Made by a program: the position numbers and the translations under genes. Positions 1 through 10,009 of a DNA stretch of 64,000 bases are shown here, piece after piece; the first letter of the stretch is position 1, and every line of letters begins with the position of its first letter. Where the stretch lies: NCBI GenBank assembly GCA_963827235.1, contig CAWHAE010000016.1, positions 352,001 to 416,000 of the forward strand, in the 5' to 3' direction. The notes below the pieces were generated by a model. That model was given only the letters and a program-made list of their open reading frames with translations. It did not search any database and had not been told where the DNA came from. The stretch comes from an uncultured bacterium. Its GTDB lineage: Bacteria > Chloroflexota > UBA5177 > JANWHV01.

Positions 1-365
1 TGCACACCGCCGCCAATGATCCGTGTAGCGGTTGACGTGGGACGGCCAGGGTCGACGACCAGTCCGCGTGTATCTATGTCAAGCACCTCCAGAGCGGCCC
101 GAAGCTCCATGCCCACCGCGTCCGAACCGACGACACCGGCTATGCTCACACGAGCTCCCAGAGACCTGAGGTTCACGGCCACGTTAGTAGCGCCTCCAGG
201 AACCATGACCCGCCGTGAGAAGGCGAGGATCAATACCGGCGCTTCACGTGAGACCCGTTCCGGGGTACCGAAGATATACTCGTCCGCCACCATGTCGCCG
301 ACGACCAGTATGTGCTGGCTGGAGAACTTGGCGAGCAATGCCTCGAGATGGCGTCGACCGGGCAT
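1..365 (-). CDS. PfkB-family kinase, RfaE/HldE kinase domain (heptose-7-phosphate kinase-like); 5' part only, runs off the window
   Basis: Manual translation from ATG at 365: MPGRRHLEALLAKFSSQHILVVGDMVADEYIFGTPERVSREAPVLIL...PGGATNVAVNLRSLGARVSIAGVVGSD. VVGD, RVSREAPV and PGGAxNVA are HldE domain I motifs. Confidence 0.85.
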   Translation of the reverse strand, partial: MPGRRHLEALLAKFSSQHILVVGDMVADEYIFGTPERVSREAPVLILAFSRRVMVPGGATNVAVNLRSLGARVSIAGVVGSDAVGMELRAALEVLDIDTRGLVVDPGRPTSTATRIIGGGV

Positions 366-833
366 TCCGCTCTCACTCAATCGGGTTCATCCTTCGCCGG
401 TAGCCCATGCCGGCACCACCGGCAGGCCGCGCTACACATCTACCCGCTGCCAGCGTTGACTGTAACCTGTCGGATCGACGCTCGGCAACATCCTGGCCGG
501 CGCAGCCGGTGTGGGTTGTTTCGCGGCCGAGCGACAACCCGGCACACGGGAGCCATAGCAGCGCCACCCGTCAAACCTGCAAGCCTGACTGCTGTGCTAC
601 CATGGCGGAAGACGGGTCCCAGGGAGGGCAGGTGTCTCTGCGCATCAAGCGCCATCGGTGCTGCTATGCAGACCTGCCGGTCGCGACGGCTCAACGCCCG
701 CTGCCGCGACGAATGCCCCATGGTTTTCGCCAGAATGCCGGACCAGGGTCGCCGGTTTCGTGCCTGGTAACGATGGGGACCAGTCGCCGCGCGCCGGGTA
801 GCCGCCGAGGGCCCGCGATCCCGGAATGAGACC

Positions 834-1421
834 GTGATGAGCGACGTCGGCCTTGCGCCGGGTGGACAGCGGCGATACTCATACTACTTCCAGCCGATAG
901 GCAGATTCCTGGATCAGCTCGACGCGCGCTATGTCACACTTGGCGAGATAGAAGGCGGCTTTGTGTGGCACTGCTACAAGCGCGGCGCGCCCTTGGAGGC
1001 GATCAGCGGTGTGATCGCTTTCGAGGACGTACAGGAGCTTATCGAATCGGACACTCGAAGCCGGGCGACGGTGGGCCGGAACCGCGAGGCCGAGCGTCGG
1101 ACGAGAGGAGCCGGTTGGCTGCTGCGACATCGCGGTCGGGGGGGTGGGTCCAGGCTGCCGCATCCGCTCTTTCCTCTCGGCTACGCAGAAACGCTCCTAT
1201 CGGTGGGAGCCAAGCTGGAGGATCAGCGTGCCTATTGCCCTCTCCTCGCGGAACGAGACACTTCACTGCTGGTCGTCTGCTCGTTGCCGCTGCCCAGCTA
1301 CATCAGATTGGACGTCACGAAGATGGAGACGTTCACGGGCATGCACGAGGTCGAGTACTCGAAGAACGACGTGCACCAGATCGTGATGTACTACCGCGGT
1401 AGGCGCGATCCGTTGCACTGA
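834..1421 (+). CDS. Hypothetical protein with two internal repeats of an unknown domain
   Basis: 195-aa ORF with protein-like composition; the halves resemble each other (YSYYFQPIGRFLDQ.. / YAETLLSVGAKLED..). Confidence 0.65.
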   Translation: MMSDVGLAPGGQRRYSYYFQPIGRFLDQLDARYVTLGEIEGGFVWHCYKRGAPLEAISGVIAFEDVQELIESDTRSRATVGRNREAERRTRGAGWLLRHRGRGGGSRLPHPLFPLGYAETLLSVGAKLEDQRAYCPLLAERDTSLLVVCSLPLPSYIRLDVTKMETFTGMHEVEYSKNDVHQIVMYYRGRRDPLH

Positions 1422-1459
1422 CTGACCGGACAAGGAATCCTGGTGGAAAGGCATGCGCC

Positions 1460-2374
1460 ATGTCATGGGATGCGTCAGGTGAGATAGCAGAGCTGGAGAA
1501 CACGGGCTGGGATCGGCGTCTGAGAGTTTTCCGCCTCGCCGGCGAGGTAGACGTGGTGGCCGTAATCGACAGGGACGTGGTAACCATGGTCGACACGATG
1601 CCAGCACCGGAGTACGCTGCCGCGATCCTGGCGCTTCTGCAGCCGGTACTGACCGGGCGGCAGCTCCTGGTTGTGAACACGCACGCGGACTACGACCACG
1701 CGTGGGGCAACGCAGCCTTCCAGATGCGAGACGCCATGCACCGGGCGCCGATACTTGCCAGCCGTCAAGCCGCCGAGCGCCTGCGATCCGGCCACGAGCA
1801 AGCCTACCTCGCGGGTCGCCAGCGGGAGGATGCCCGATTTGCCGGTGTCCGTCTCGTGCCGCCGACCATTGAGCTCGACGGTGGCGGTCGCATTCGCGGT
1901 GGTCAGCTCTCGCTCGAGCTTCTTTCCACGCCGGGTCATACCGCCGATCACCTCGCTGTCTGGATACCCGAGATCCGGACCCTGCTGGCTGGAGACGCGG
2001 CGGAGAGTCCCTTTCCCTGCTGCGGCGAGGGTTCGAACCTCACGGCACTGCTCGCATCTCTGCGCAGGCTGCGCGCCCTGAATGCCGCGGTTGTCATTCC
2101 ATGCCACGGCGGAGTGGGTACCGGCGAGCTGCTGTCGCGCAACCTCGCCTACTTTGAGGAGATCGCCTCCCGGGTCCGGGCGTGCATAAATGCTGAGCTG
2201 TTGCCCGTGGCCCCGCACTCAACTTCGGTAGACGAGACTGTGATCGGCTTCAGCTACGAGGATGCTCTGCGATCTCAAGGCCTCGACCCGCACGAGGTGC
2301 CCACCTGCTATCGTCAGTGGCACCGGTTGGCCCTCCAGGCCACGGTCGCAAGCCTGCTCGCGGAGCGTGGTTAA
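1460..2374 (+). CDS. MBL-fold metallo-hydrolase
   Basis: NTHADYDHAWGN, TPGHT, LLAGD and IPCHG motifs. Confidence 0.88.
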   Translation: MSWDASGEIAELENTGWDRRLRVFRLAGEVDVVAVIDRDVVTMVDTMPAPEYAAAILALLQPVLTGRQLLVVNTHADYDHAWGNAAFQMRDAMHRAPILASRQAAERLRSGHEQAYLAGRQREDARFAGVRLVPPTIELDGGGRIRGGQLSLELLSTPGHTADHLAVWIPEIRTLLAGDAAESPFPCCGEGSNLTALLASLRRLRALNAAVVIPCHGGVGTGELLSRNLAYFEEIASRVRACINAELLPVAPHSTSVDETVIGFSYEDALRSQGLDPHEVPTCYRQWHRLALQATVASLLAERG

Positions 2375-2757
2375 TCTCTCGGCGCGCTACCGAACCTATC
2401 GGCGAGATCCTGCCGCAAGACAGTGGCGCCGCGCAAGTAGACGTGCCTGATTGCCGACTGTGGAAGCTCAGTGTTGTAGTGGATGAGCACGCGCACGACG
2501 CGCTCGAGAGCGTTGGGAACCGGGATTTCGGTGGCACAGACCAGCGGCACGTCGATCCAACCCAGCCCTCGCGCCGCGTACGCCGGAAAGGCGGCGGTGA
2601 GATCGGGGGTAGTTGTGAACCACACGGAAGCAATATCCTGTAGGTTCAGGTTATTTCGCTCTATCAATGCTTCCAGCAGTTCCTTGGTCGCCTCACAAAT
2701 CGCTCCCGGCGTATTGTCACCGACTGTTATTGCCCCTCTGATGCCCCGGACCGGCAT
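2371..2757 (-). CDS. aroH: Chorismate mutase, AroH class
   Basis: VRGIRGAIT, FTTTPDLTAAFPAYAAR and HVYLRGATVLRQDL motifs. Confidence 0.95.
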   Translation of the reverse strand: MPVRGIRGAITVGDNTPGAICEATKELLEALIERNNLNLQDIASVWFTTTPDLTAAFPAYAARGLGWIDVPLVCATEIPVPNALERVVRVLIHYNTELPQSAIRHVYLRGATVLRQDLADRFGSAPRD

Positions 2758-2816
2758 GTCCCTTCCTCTCGTTACCGCGGCATGCTCCGCGCAGGAAGTC
2801 CCACGGAAGCTCGCGC

Positions 2817-5060
2817 CTACAGCTTTTCCAGCTTTGCAAAATTCGTATCGAGCGTCTTGTCGACGTTCTTGCCTCGAGCATCGGCGAAGCGCACCACTAC
2901 GACGTCGCCACGGCCATCGACCTCACCGGCGATCACCGTGCCGATACCGAAGAACTTGTGTCTCACGCGCTCGCCCGGCACGAACGGTTCGGCGGGCTCG
3001 CGCTCAGCCTCAGTGGATTCACCCCATGTGGCGGTCCGGCCCACCGCGGCAACTGGTCGCAGCCCGATGCGCGGCGCGGCACCCGGCTGCGCTTTGCCGT
3101 CCAGCCTGATCAGACTTGCAGGTATGTCCTGGACGAAGCGCGAAGGCAGATTCATCTGCACGTTGCCGAACACCGTGCGCCGGCGTGCGCCGACGAGGTA
3201 GAGATGCTGCTTGGCACGAGTGATGCCGACGTAAGCCAGGCGGCGCTCCTCCTCCATCTGGCGGGGATCGTCCAGGCTACGGCTGTGAGGGAACAGACCT
3301 TCTTCCAGCCCAGTGATGAACACGACTGGATATTCGAGCCCCTTCGCGGCATGCAGAGTGATCAGCGTGACACGATCCGCCGCATCCATGGGCTCCTGTA
3401 AATCGGCCGCGGCCGGCAGTCGATCCGTATCCGCTACCAGCGCAATGTTCTCGAGCAGCTCCGACAGCCCAAATGGCGGCGGCAGAGCCGCGTACTCGAG
3501 CGCCAATGAGCGCAGCTCCTTAACGTTCTGCCATCGCTCATCGCCTTCGGCGGTACCGTCGCGCAGCCACTGCGCATAGCCCGACGATTCCAGGAGGTCG
3601 TCAAGCAGGTCGAGGACGTTGACGCTACTCGATTGGTCCTGAAGGCGTCGAATTAGCGTATCGAACTCTGCCACCGCGTGCTGTCCGGCTGGAGACAGCT
3701 CACCGAGCTCGGATGCCTGGGCTATGCTCCGGCGCAGGGACAGGTGCCGGCTTTGGGCCAGGCTCTGCAGACCGGAGACAACCTTGGGACCGATCTTGCG
3801 CGGCGGCACGTTGATGATCCGAGAAAGCGACAGCTCGTCGTCGGGGTTGGCGATCAGCCGCAGATAGGCAATCACGTCCTTGATCTCGCGGCGCTCGTAG
3901 AAGCGGACTCCGCCGATCAGCACGTAGGGGATACCCTCCCGCACAAACGCATCCTCTATGGCTCGCGACTGCGCGTTGGTGCGATACATGACGGCACAGT
4001 CGCCAAGCCGAGCGTCACCTCTGCCTTGCAGGCGCCGGATCTCGTGCGCAACCCAGGTCCCCTCTTGCATCTCATCGACCGCAAGATAGCGGCGAATGGG
4101 CGCACCGCCCGCGTTCTCGGTCCACAGACGCTTCTGTTTGCGGGCGAGGTTGAGCGACACTACGGCGTGAGCCGCGTCGAGAATCGTCTGTGTCGAGCGA
4201 TAGTTCTGCTCGAGCTTGACCACTGTTGCGGTAGGGTAATCCTTCTCGAAATTGAGGATGTTGCGAATGTCCGCCCCTCGCCAGCCGTAGATCGACTGAT
4301 CGTCGTCGCCGACCACACACAGGTTGTGATGCTCGCTGGCGAGCAGCCGTACCAGAAGATACTGCGAGTGATTCGTATCCTGGTACTCGTCCACCGAGAT
4401 GTACCGGTAACGCCGGCTGATTTCCTGCCGTCGATCATCATGTTGCTGTAGGTGCAGAACGGTCTGCATGATCAGGTCGTCGAAGTCCAGTGCGTTGTTT
4501 TCGCGAAGCTTTCGCTGGTAACCGTCGTAGATACGCCTGACGAACTCCTCGATGTAGCCCTTAGGCTCGTAGCGCTCCGGCAGAATGAGCTCATTCTTGG
4601 CCTGCGAGATAGCATTTCTCACTGCTCCCGGGCTGATCTGTTTCTCCGGGATCTGCAGTGAGGCCATGACCGATTTGATCACGCTGGTCTGGTCGTCGTC
4701 GTCGTATATCGTGAAGCGGTCGCGCCCCAAAGGTCTCCACTCGCGACGCAGCAGGCGCACACAGATGCTGTGAAAGGTACCCACCGTGACGTCACGCCCT
4801 GAGGGGCCCACCACGGTGGCTAGGCGCTCCTTCAGCTCACCAGCCGCCTTATTGGTGAAGGTCACGGCCATCACCTGCCATGGGCGAGCATGGCCATGCT
4901 GCAGCAGATAACCGATGCGCTGAGTCAGCACGCGCGTCTTGCCGGAGCCCGCGCCGGCCAGAATGAGTAACGGGCCGTCGACGTGCTCGACGGCAGCGCG
5001 CTGTGCCGGATTGAGGTTTTCGAGGCTCAACATTGACGAGATCATTCCGTCCGTATGCAT
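2817..5060 (-). CDS. pcrA: ATP-dependent DNA helicase PcrA/UvrD
   Basis: AGAGSGKT, VDEYQDTN, VGDDDQSIYGWRGA, LEQNYRS, TLHAAKGLEY, EERRLAYVGITRA and a C-terminal Tudor-like domain. Start uncertain (5033-5060). Confidence 0.95.
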   Translation of the reverse strand: MHTDGMISSMLSLENLNPAQRAAVEHVDGPLLILAGAGSGKTRVLTQRIGYLLQHGHARPWQVMAVTFTNKAAGELKERLATVVGPSGRDVTVGTFHSICVRLLRREWRPLGRDRFTIYDDDDQTSVIKSVMASLQIPEKQISPGAVRNAISQAKNELILPERYEPKGYIEEFVRRIYDGYQRKLRENNALDFDDLIMQTVLHLQQHDDRRQEISRRYRYISVDEYQDTNHSQYLLVRLLASEHHNLCVVGDDDQSIYGWRGADIRNILNFEKDYPTATVVKLEQNYRSTQTILDAAHAVVSLNLARKQKRLWTENAGGAPIRRYLAVDEMQEGTWVAHEIRRLQGRGDARLGDCAVMYRTNAQSRAIEDAFVREGIPYVLIGGVRFYERREIKDVIAYLRLIANPDDELSLSRIINVPPRKIGPKVVSGLQSLAQSRHLSLRRSIAQASELGELSPAGQHAVAEFDTLIRRLQDQSSSVNVLDLLDDLLESSGYAQWLRDGTAEGDERWQNVKELRSLALEYAALPPPFGLSELLENIALVADTDRLPAAADLQEPMDAADRVTLITLHAAKGLEYPVVFITGLEEGLFPHSRSLDDPRQMEEERRLAYVGITRAKQHLYLVGARRRTVFGNVQMNLPSRFVQDIPASLIRLDGKAQPGAAPRIGLRPVAAVGRTATWGESTEAEREPAEPFVPGERVRHKFFGIGTVIAGEVDGRGDVVVVRFADARGKNVDKTLDTNFAKLEKL

Positions 5061-5197
5061 GAGTGCCGAGTTTCCAGTGTAGCCGATGGCGGAACCGCCT
5101 TCCAAAATGATACCCAGGGCCGGCACTGCGGAAGCGCCGCTCGTGCGTGTGCCGCGCGAGACGGTACGATGGAGAAACAGATCGCCGGAGGTTGAGT

Positions 5198-6025
5198 GTG
5201 CAGGCGGAACAGGGGCCAGATAGCGGGGGCAAGCCGCGAGCGACGCGTTTCGACTGCTCCAGCAGAGCTAGCGTCCTCGGGATTCCCATAGACCGGGCGA
5301 CCATGCGGCAAGCGGTAGCCATCCTGGTGGCATGGATTGACGAGGAGCCGCCGCGCCACGTGGTCACGGTCAATCCCGAGTTCGTCATGCTTGCGCGCCG
5401 GGACGCGGAGTTCAGGCGAGTGCTGCTGAGCGCCGACCTGGCGGTGGCCGACGGTATCGGCATCGTGCTGGCTGGGCGCATTCTTGCTCGACCGTTTCCC
5501 GGGCGAGTTGGCGGCGTCGACCTGGTCGAGCGCTTCCTGCGCGCCGCTCCACCGGGTACCCGGCTCTTCCTGTTGGGTGCCGGGCCCGGCGTTGCCGAGG
5601 AGGCGGCACAAGTCCTCATGGCGCGAAACAGCGGACTGATTCTGACGGGTACTCTGGCCGGTTCGCCCCTCCCCGAGCACGAGGTCGAGATCGGCGACAA
5701 GATCGTAGCGGCACGACCTCACGTCCTGCTGGTCGCCTTCGGTGCTCCTGCTCAGGAGCTCTGGATTGCGAGGAACAGAGAGCGACTTCAGGTGCCGGTT
5801 GCCATCGGGGTGGGCGGCGCGTTCGATTTCATCTCCGGCCGGGCCCCTCGCGCACCTGTGTTGCTGCAGCGAATTGGCCTGGAATGGCTCTACCGGCTGG
5901 CACGGCAGCCATGGCGATGGAGACGCATGCTGGCCCTGCCCCGATTCGCCGCTCTGGTGCTGCTGGAACGCGGCCGAAACACCTGGGCGGAAGTGCGGAA
6001 GCCAGAGGCAGGATCGGCGCCGTGA
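5198..6025 (+). CDS. WecB/TagA/CpsF-family glycosyltransferase
   Basis: TVNPE, ADGIG, GAPAQE, GVGGAFD and GLEWLYRL motifs; GGAGG RBS before GTG 5198. Confidence 0.92.
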   Translation: MQAEQGPDSGGKPRATRFDCSSRASVLGIPIDRATMRQAVAILVAWIDEEPPRHVVTVNPEFVMLARRDAEFRRVLLSADLAVADGIGIVLAGRILARPFPGRVGGVDLVERFLRAAPPGTRLFLLGAGPGVAEEAAQVLMARNSGLILTGTLAGSPLPEHEVEIGDKIVAARPHVLLVAFGAPAQELWIARNRERLQVPVAIGVGGAFDFISGRAPRAPVLLQRIGLEWLYRLARQPWRWRRMLALPRFAALVLLERGRNTWAEVRKPEAGSAP

Positions 6026-7158
6026 ATCGCCCGGCTCGCGTGGCCATCGTGCACGACTACCTTCTGCAGGTCGGCGGCGCCGAGCGCGTGCTGGAGGAGC
6101 TCCACCGCATGTGGCCCTCGGCCCCGGTGTTCACCACGTTCTATGATCGCCGGACCATGGCGGCGCACAGCCTGGGCGTGCCTGCCAGCGCCATCAGAAC
6201 CCTGATGCCGAGCCGGCTGCCACACCGTGGCCGACCGGCCAAGGCATGGACGTTCGTATACCCGTTCATATGGCGGCGACTTGATCTACGAGGGTTTGAC
6301 CTGGTGATCAGCTCTTCTTCGTTCGCGGCGCATCACGTGCGCGTCGCCGCCGAGGCCAAGCACATCTGTTATTGCCATTCACCGGCTCGTTTCATGTATG
6401 GGCTGCAGACGGAGATCGATCATCGCAGGTTGAGGCGAGTGCTGCCAATCCTCGGGCCGGCCTACAGTGTGCTGCTTCGCCTTGACCAGGAGGCGGCGAC
6501 GAGAGTGAGCCAATACGTGGCGAACTCGGAGGAGGTAGCCGGCCGGATTCTTCGCGCCTATAGCCGGCGGAGCATCGTCGTCTATCCACCCGTCGACACA
6601 GACGCCTTTGCCGATGTCAGCCCGTCCCCGGATCGGGCATACTTCCTCGCCTACGGCCGTCTGGTGGCGTCGAAGCGCGTGGACGTCATCGTGCAGGCCG
6701 CGAACATGGCGCGCGCAGACCTGGTGGTCGCGGGCAGCGGGCCCGAGACCGGTCGCCTCAAGAGCCTGGCCGGGCCGAACGTGCGCCTCACCGGCTGGCA
6801 AAGCCCAGCGGGCCTGCGCGACCTCATGGCCGGCGCGCGAGCTGTCCTGTTCGCGGCTGATGAGGACTTCGGTATCGTGCCAGTGGAGGCCATGGCCGCA
6901 GGCATACCCGTGATCGCCTTCGGACACGGCGGCGCACGCGAATCAGTCGTAGAAGGCAGCACCGGCGAGTTCTTCACACCGCAGACCGCTGGAGCGCTCG
7001 CCGAGACGCTGCTGGGCTTTGATCACAGGAAGTACGATCCATCGGCCTGCCGAGCCCGCGCCGCTTACTTCGACGCCGCCGTCTTCCGCAGCCGCTTCCA
7101 ACAAGTTGCCGATCGCGTGCTGGATGGAACCATTGCATCTGCGCCCGTCTTCGGGTAG
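6022..7158 (+). CDS. GT4 glycosyltransferase
   Basis: VAIVHDYL..GGAERVL and EDFGIVPVEAMAAG; GTGA overlap with the upstream stop. Confidence 0.92.
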   Translation: MNRPARVAIVHDYLLQVGGAERVLEELHRMWPSAPVFTTFYDRRTMAAHSLGVPASAIRTLMPSRLPHRGRPAKAWTFVYPFIWRRLDLRGFDLVISSSSFAAHHVRVAAEAKHICYCHSPARFMYGLQTEIDHRRLRRVLPILGPAYSVLLRLDQEAATRVSQYVANSEEVAGRILRAYSRRSIVVYPPVDTDAFADVSPSPDRAYFLAYGRLVASKRVDVIVQAANMARADLVVAGSGPETGRLKSLAGPNVRLTGWQSPAGLRDLMAGARAVLFAADEDFGIVPVEAMAAGIPVIAFGHGGARESVVEGSTGEFFTPQTAGALAETLLGFDHRKYDPSACRARAAYFDAAVFRSRFQQVADRVLDGTIASAPVFG

Positions 7159-7173
7159 CATATGGAAAGCCAC

Positions 7174-7244
7174 TGGGGGATCGTCTAGCGGTAGGACAGC
7201 TGACTCTGGATCAGCCAGCCGGGGTTCGAATCCCTGTCCCCCAG
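7174..7244 (+). tRNA. tRNA-Gln (anticodon CTG); CCA end not encoded
   Basis: Acceptor TGGGGGA/TCCCCCA, anticodon arm GCTGA-CTCTGGA-TCAGC, T arm GGTTCGAATCC; promoter-like TTGCAT-17-TAGCAT at 7133-7161. Confidence 0.96.
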
Positions 7245-7249
7245 CCTCG

Positions 7250-7283
7250 AGAGGCCCCCGAAGCAGATGGTTCGGGGGCCTCT
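7250..7283. terminator. Hairpin after tRNA-Gln, probably bidirectional terminator
   Basis: AGAGGCCCCCGAA / TTCGGGGGCCTCT inverted repeat. Confidence 0.7.
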
Positions 7284-7328
7284 CTGATAGGATAGGCGCT
7301 GCTACCGGGTAGATGCGACGCGACGCCA

Positions 7329-7850
7329 TCAGGGGGCGCTATCGGCCAGGAGGCGGGTTTTCGCAGCGTCGAACTCGGCATCGCTCAGTACGCCGGAGTT
7401 GTGAAGCGCGGCCAGGCGATCGGGCTGCGGTGCCAGGGCGTTGGCTCCCAGAGCGCTTGTCGGCACACTCGCCGGAGCCGGCACGGGGCGCGCTGTGGCG
7501 ATGGCGTCGCGGAGTTGCTTAGCCAAGCCGGCTCAACGGGCGCGATACTTGTCGGTGATGCCCACGAGTATGCCGAATCCGAGAGCCTCCTCCGCCGTGA
7601 TGGACACCCGGCCAGCCGCCGGATCCGCACCCACGTCAATCTGTACCAGTTTGGGCAGCGTGCTTTCTGAGAGGAACACGTCTCCCAGCAAGCGCGTTCC
7701 TGCCGGTGATCCGGATCTGGCCACCACCCTGGAATCGGTTTCCTGCTCGATAGCGCCTCCCGTTCTCAGCAGATCCCGCTTCGTGCTTTCGAGGCACTGG
7801 CCCCTGCCGGAGGCCGTGACGAGGTGTTCCGAATGCGAGATTCGCGCCAT
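7329..7850 (-). pseudogene. SHOCT-domain protein interrupted by an in-frame TGA at 7533-7535
   Basis: ORFs 7533-7850 and 7329-7526 share one frame (..KYRAR*AGLAKQL..); C-terminus LAALHNSGVLSDAEFDAAKTRLL is a SHOCT motif. Confidence 0.7.
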
Positions 7851-7897
7851 GGGAGTTCACCTCCCATCTCAATCGACGCCATTGTAGTTGCCGCCGC

Positions 7898-9067
7898 CTA
7901 ACGCCCCGTTTGTGCGCCGGGACCCAGGCGCTTCTCCCATCCTTCCTTTGTCGCGTCGAAGTAGGAACTAGGGTCATACGGATGCTCGCGTACCACGTCC
8001 AGGTTCAGGTCCAGACCCAAACCGGGCGATTCCGGCAGTGAAAGATGGCCGTTCTCAGCGTCGAGACGAGGATGCCAGGTAACCAGATCGCGGGTCCACG
8101 GTGCGTTGAAGGGGTCGAAGTGCTCCTGGATCAGGAAGTTCGGCACGCACGCCGCCAGTTGCAGGCAGGTTGCCGTGGCTACCGGTCCACCGCTCTGGTG
8201 CGGAGCGATCGTGGCGCCGGCAGCCCGCGCGAGGTTGGCCACGGCGAGCGCGTTCAGGATGCCGCCGAGGCACATGGGCTCCGGCTGGTAGATGCTGACG
8301 TGACCTCCTTTGGCCAGGTTAAGAAAGCTTCCCACGCGGTGGAATTGCTCGCCGGTAGCCACGGGGATCGGGCACTGCGCCGCGATTTCGTTGGTGAGCT
8401 CCTCGCGCTCCGCTGTGGTCGGCTCTTCCCACCAGAAGAGGTCGAGTGGAGCCAGCCGTCGTGCCACGCGCAGAGCCTCGCTGGGTAGAAATCGACAGTG
8501 CACGTCAATCATGATCTTGAGCCCCGGTCCAAAGCGGCCTCGGATTGCCTGCAGAATGTCGTGCGCGACCTGGAGCTCCTGCTCGTCAATCGTGGCCCGC
8601 GCGGTACCAAACGGGTCGATCTTGAGTGCCTTGAACCCCTTGCCGACCACGGTTTCGGCGAGCGCCAGAAATGACTCCGGCGACCGCTCACCACGGTACC
8701 AGCCATTCGCGTACGCCGGCACGCTGTCCCGAAGTCTCCCTCCCAGAAGCTGGTACACCGGCACGCCCAAGGACTTGCCCAGAATGTCCCAGCAGGCCAC
8801 CTCAATGGCGGCAGTGGCCAGTCGATGAACATGTCCACCGTCCTGCACCGTGTCGAGCAATGCTCGCGTCACGGCCGCGATCTGCCTGGGGTCCTTGCCC
8901 AGCACGAAATGCTCGAGCTCGTGCACCGCGGCTTCCGTGGTCTTTACGAAGCCGTTCATGGTCGCCTCGCCGATACCATGCAGCCCGTCGTCGGTAATCA
9001 CTCTGACGAAGAGCCAGTTCTTCCAGTCGACGCTGACCGTGTAGGTCTCGACGCGCGCGATTTTCAC
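7898..9067 (-). CDS. Mandelate racemase/muconate-lactonizing enzyme family protein (galactonate dehydratase-like)
   Basis: GIGEAT, ACWDILGK, YANGW, KxK (KALKIDPF), D..EEP..GE metal ligands, APH. Confidence 0.9.
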   Translation of the reverse strand: MKIARVETYTVSVDWKNWLFVRVITDDGLHGIGEATMNGFVKTTEAAVHELEHFVLGKDPRQIAAVTRALLDTVQDGGHVHRLATAAIEVACWDILGKSLGVPVYQLLGGRLRDSVPAYANGWYRGERSPESFLALAETVVGKGFKALKIDPFGTARATIDEQELQVAHDILQAIRGRFGPGLKIMIDVHCRFLPSEALRVARRLAPLDLFWWEEPTTAEREELTNEIAAQCPIPVATGEQFHRVGSFLNLAKGGHVSIYQPEPMCLGGILNALAVANLARAAGATIAPHQSGGPVATATCLQLAACVPNFLIQEHFDPFNAPWTRDLVTWHPRLDAENGHLSLPESPGLGLDLNLDVVREHPYDPSSYFDATKEGWEKRLGPGAQTGR

Positions 9068-9117
9068 CCTGTCATCTCCTTGCTCGGCCGCCACACACGG
9101 CGGAGAAACACTGGCGC

Positions 9118-9146
9118 ACGGTACCACGCGCCTCGACGTGTGTCAA
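9118..9146 (-). promoter_or_regulatory. Sigma-70 promoter for the enolase-superfamily gene
   Basis: TTGACA-17 nt-TACCGT on the minus strand. Confidence 0.6.
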
Positions 9147-9181
9147 CAGTCGTCACAGAGTCTCGCGGAGGCGGGTCGGTC

Positions 9182-10009
9182 TCACGCCGTGACGTCGCGA
9201 ATTCGCAGAGCGGACACTGCTATCGCCAGGAAGATAACCGCGTAAAGGGCAAGCGCCACGAGAGACTGCCCGGCGCTCGGAGCACTGGAGCCGGCATCTG
9301 CCAGGCTGCTTCCGGGCACCAGCCCGCCCTTGACCACCTGCGTGATCGTGCTGTCGCTGTAGCTGGCAGGAAAGTGCTCGGCGATGCTCTGCCACACGCC
9401 GCCGAGCGCTTCGAGGATTCGCCGCAGTACGTACTCGGCCAGCGTGCCGCCGATACCGACGGCAATGCCCACCGCGGCGGATCGGAAAACCACGGCTGCC
9501 GTGTACCCGAGCACGAGATAGAATGCCGAGATGTACCAGGCAGTGAGCGCTCCTTTGAGCAACATCGAGAGGTAGTCGGCGCTCCACAGGCCACCCACCC
9601 ATACCCGATTGCCGGTGAGCCACGCGACCGCGGCTCCGGCACCGGTGCCTGCAGCCACTATGGCGGCGATGGCCAGGGCAACCCCTGCCAACAGCACGGC
9701 CAGACCGGCGCTGAAGTGCTCCAGGCGGTTTGGCCGGCGCGTCAGCACGGAGCGGATCGTGCCCCATCCATATTCGTTTCCCGCCCAAGATCCGCCCAGA
9801 ACGGGCCAGAAGAAGGGAGCGAAGAAGGAGCAGAGAGATAGCGCGGCCAGCCAGCCCCTCGGCAGAAGGAGGTTCTCGCGGGCCGCGGCCCTGGTGCCCA
9901 GTCCCCAGAATGCCACGACAATCAGCGCTACGAGCAAGACGACGATCACGCGCGGCATCCAGCGTTTGCTCATCTTCAGCCACTCGAAAGAGAGATACTC
10001 GCGCATCAC
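9182..10009 (-). CDS. ABC-2 type transporter permease
   Basis: Several TM segments; EWLKM N-terminus and GNEYGWGTIRSVL motif. Confidence 0.88.
   Translation of the reverse strand: MMREYLSFEWLKMSKRWMPRVIVVLLVALIVVAFWGLGTRAAARENLLLPRGWLAALSLCSFFAPFFWPVLGGSWAGNEYGWGTIRSVLTRRPNRLEHFSAGLAVLLAGVALAIAAIVAAGTGAGAAVAWLTGNRVWVGGLWSADYLSMLLKGALTAWYISAFYLVLGYTAAVVFRSAAVGIAVGIGGTLAEYVLRRILEALGGVWQSIAEHFPASYSDSTITQVVKGGLVPGSSLADAGSSAPSAGQSLVALALYAVIFLAIAVSALRIRDVTA

Noticed and set aside
366-833. Short ORFs in the 366-833, 11000-11400 and 12420-12800 spacers
   Set aside because: No convincing protein signature, RNA motif or repeat structure.
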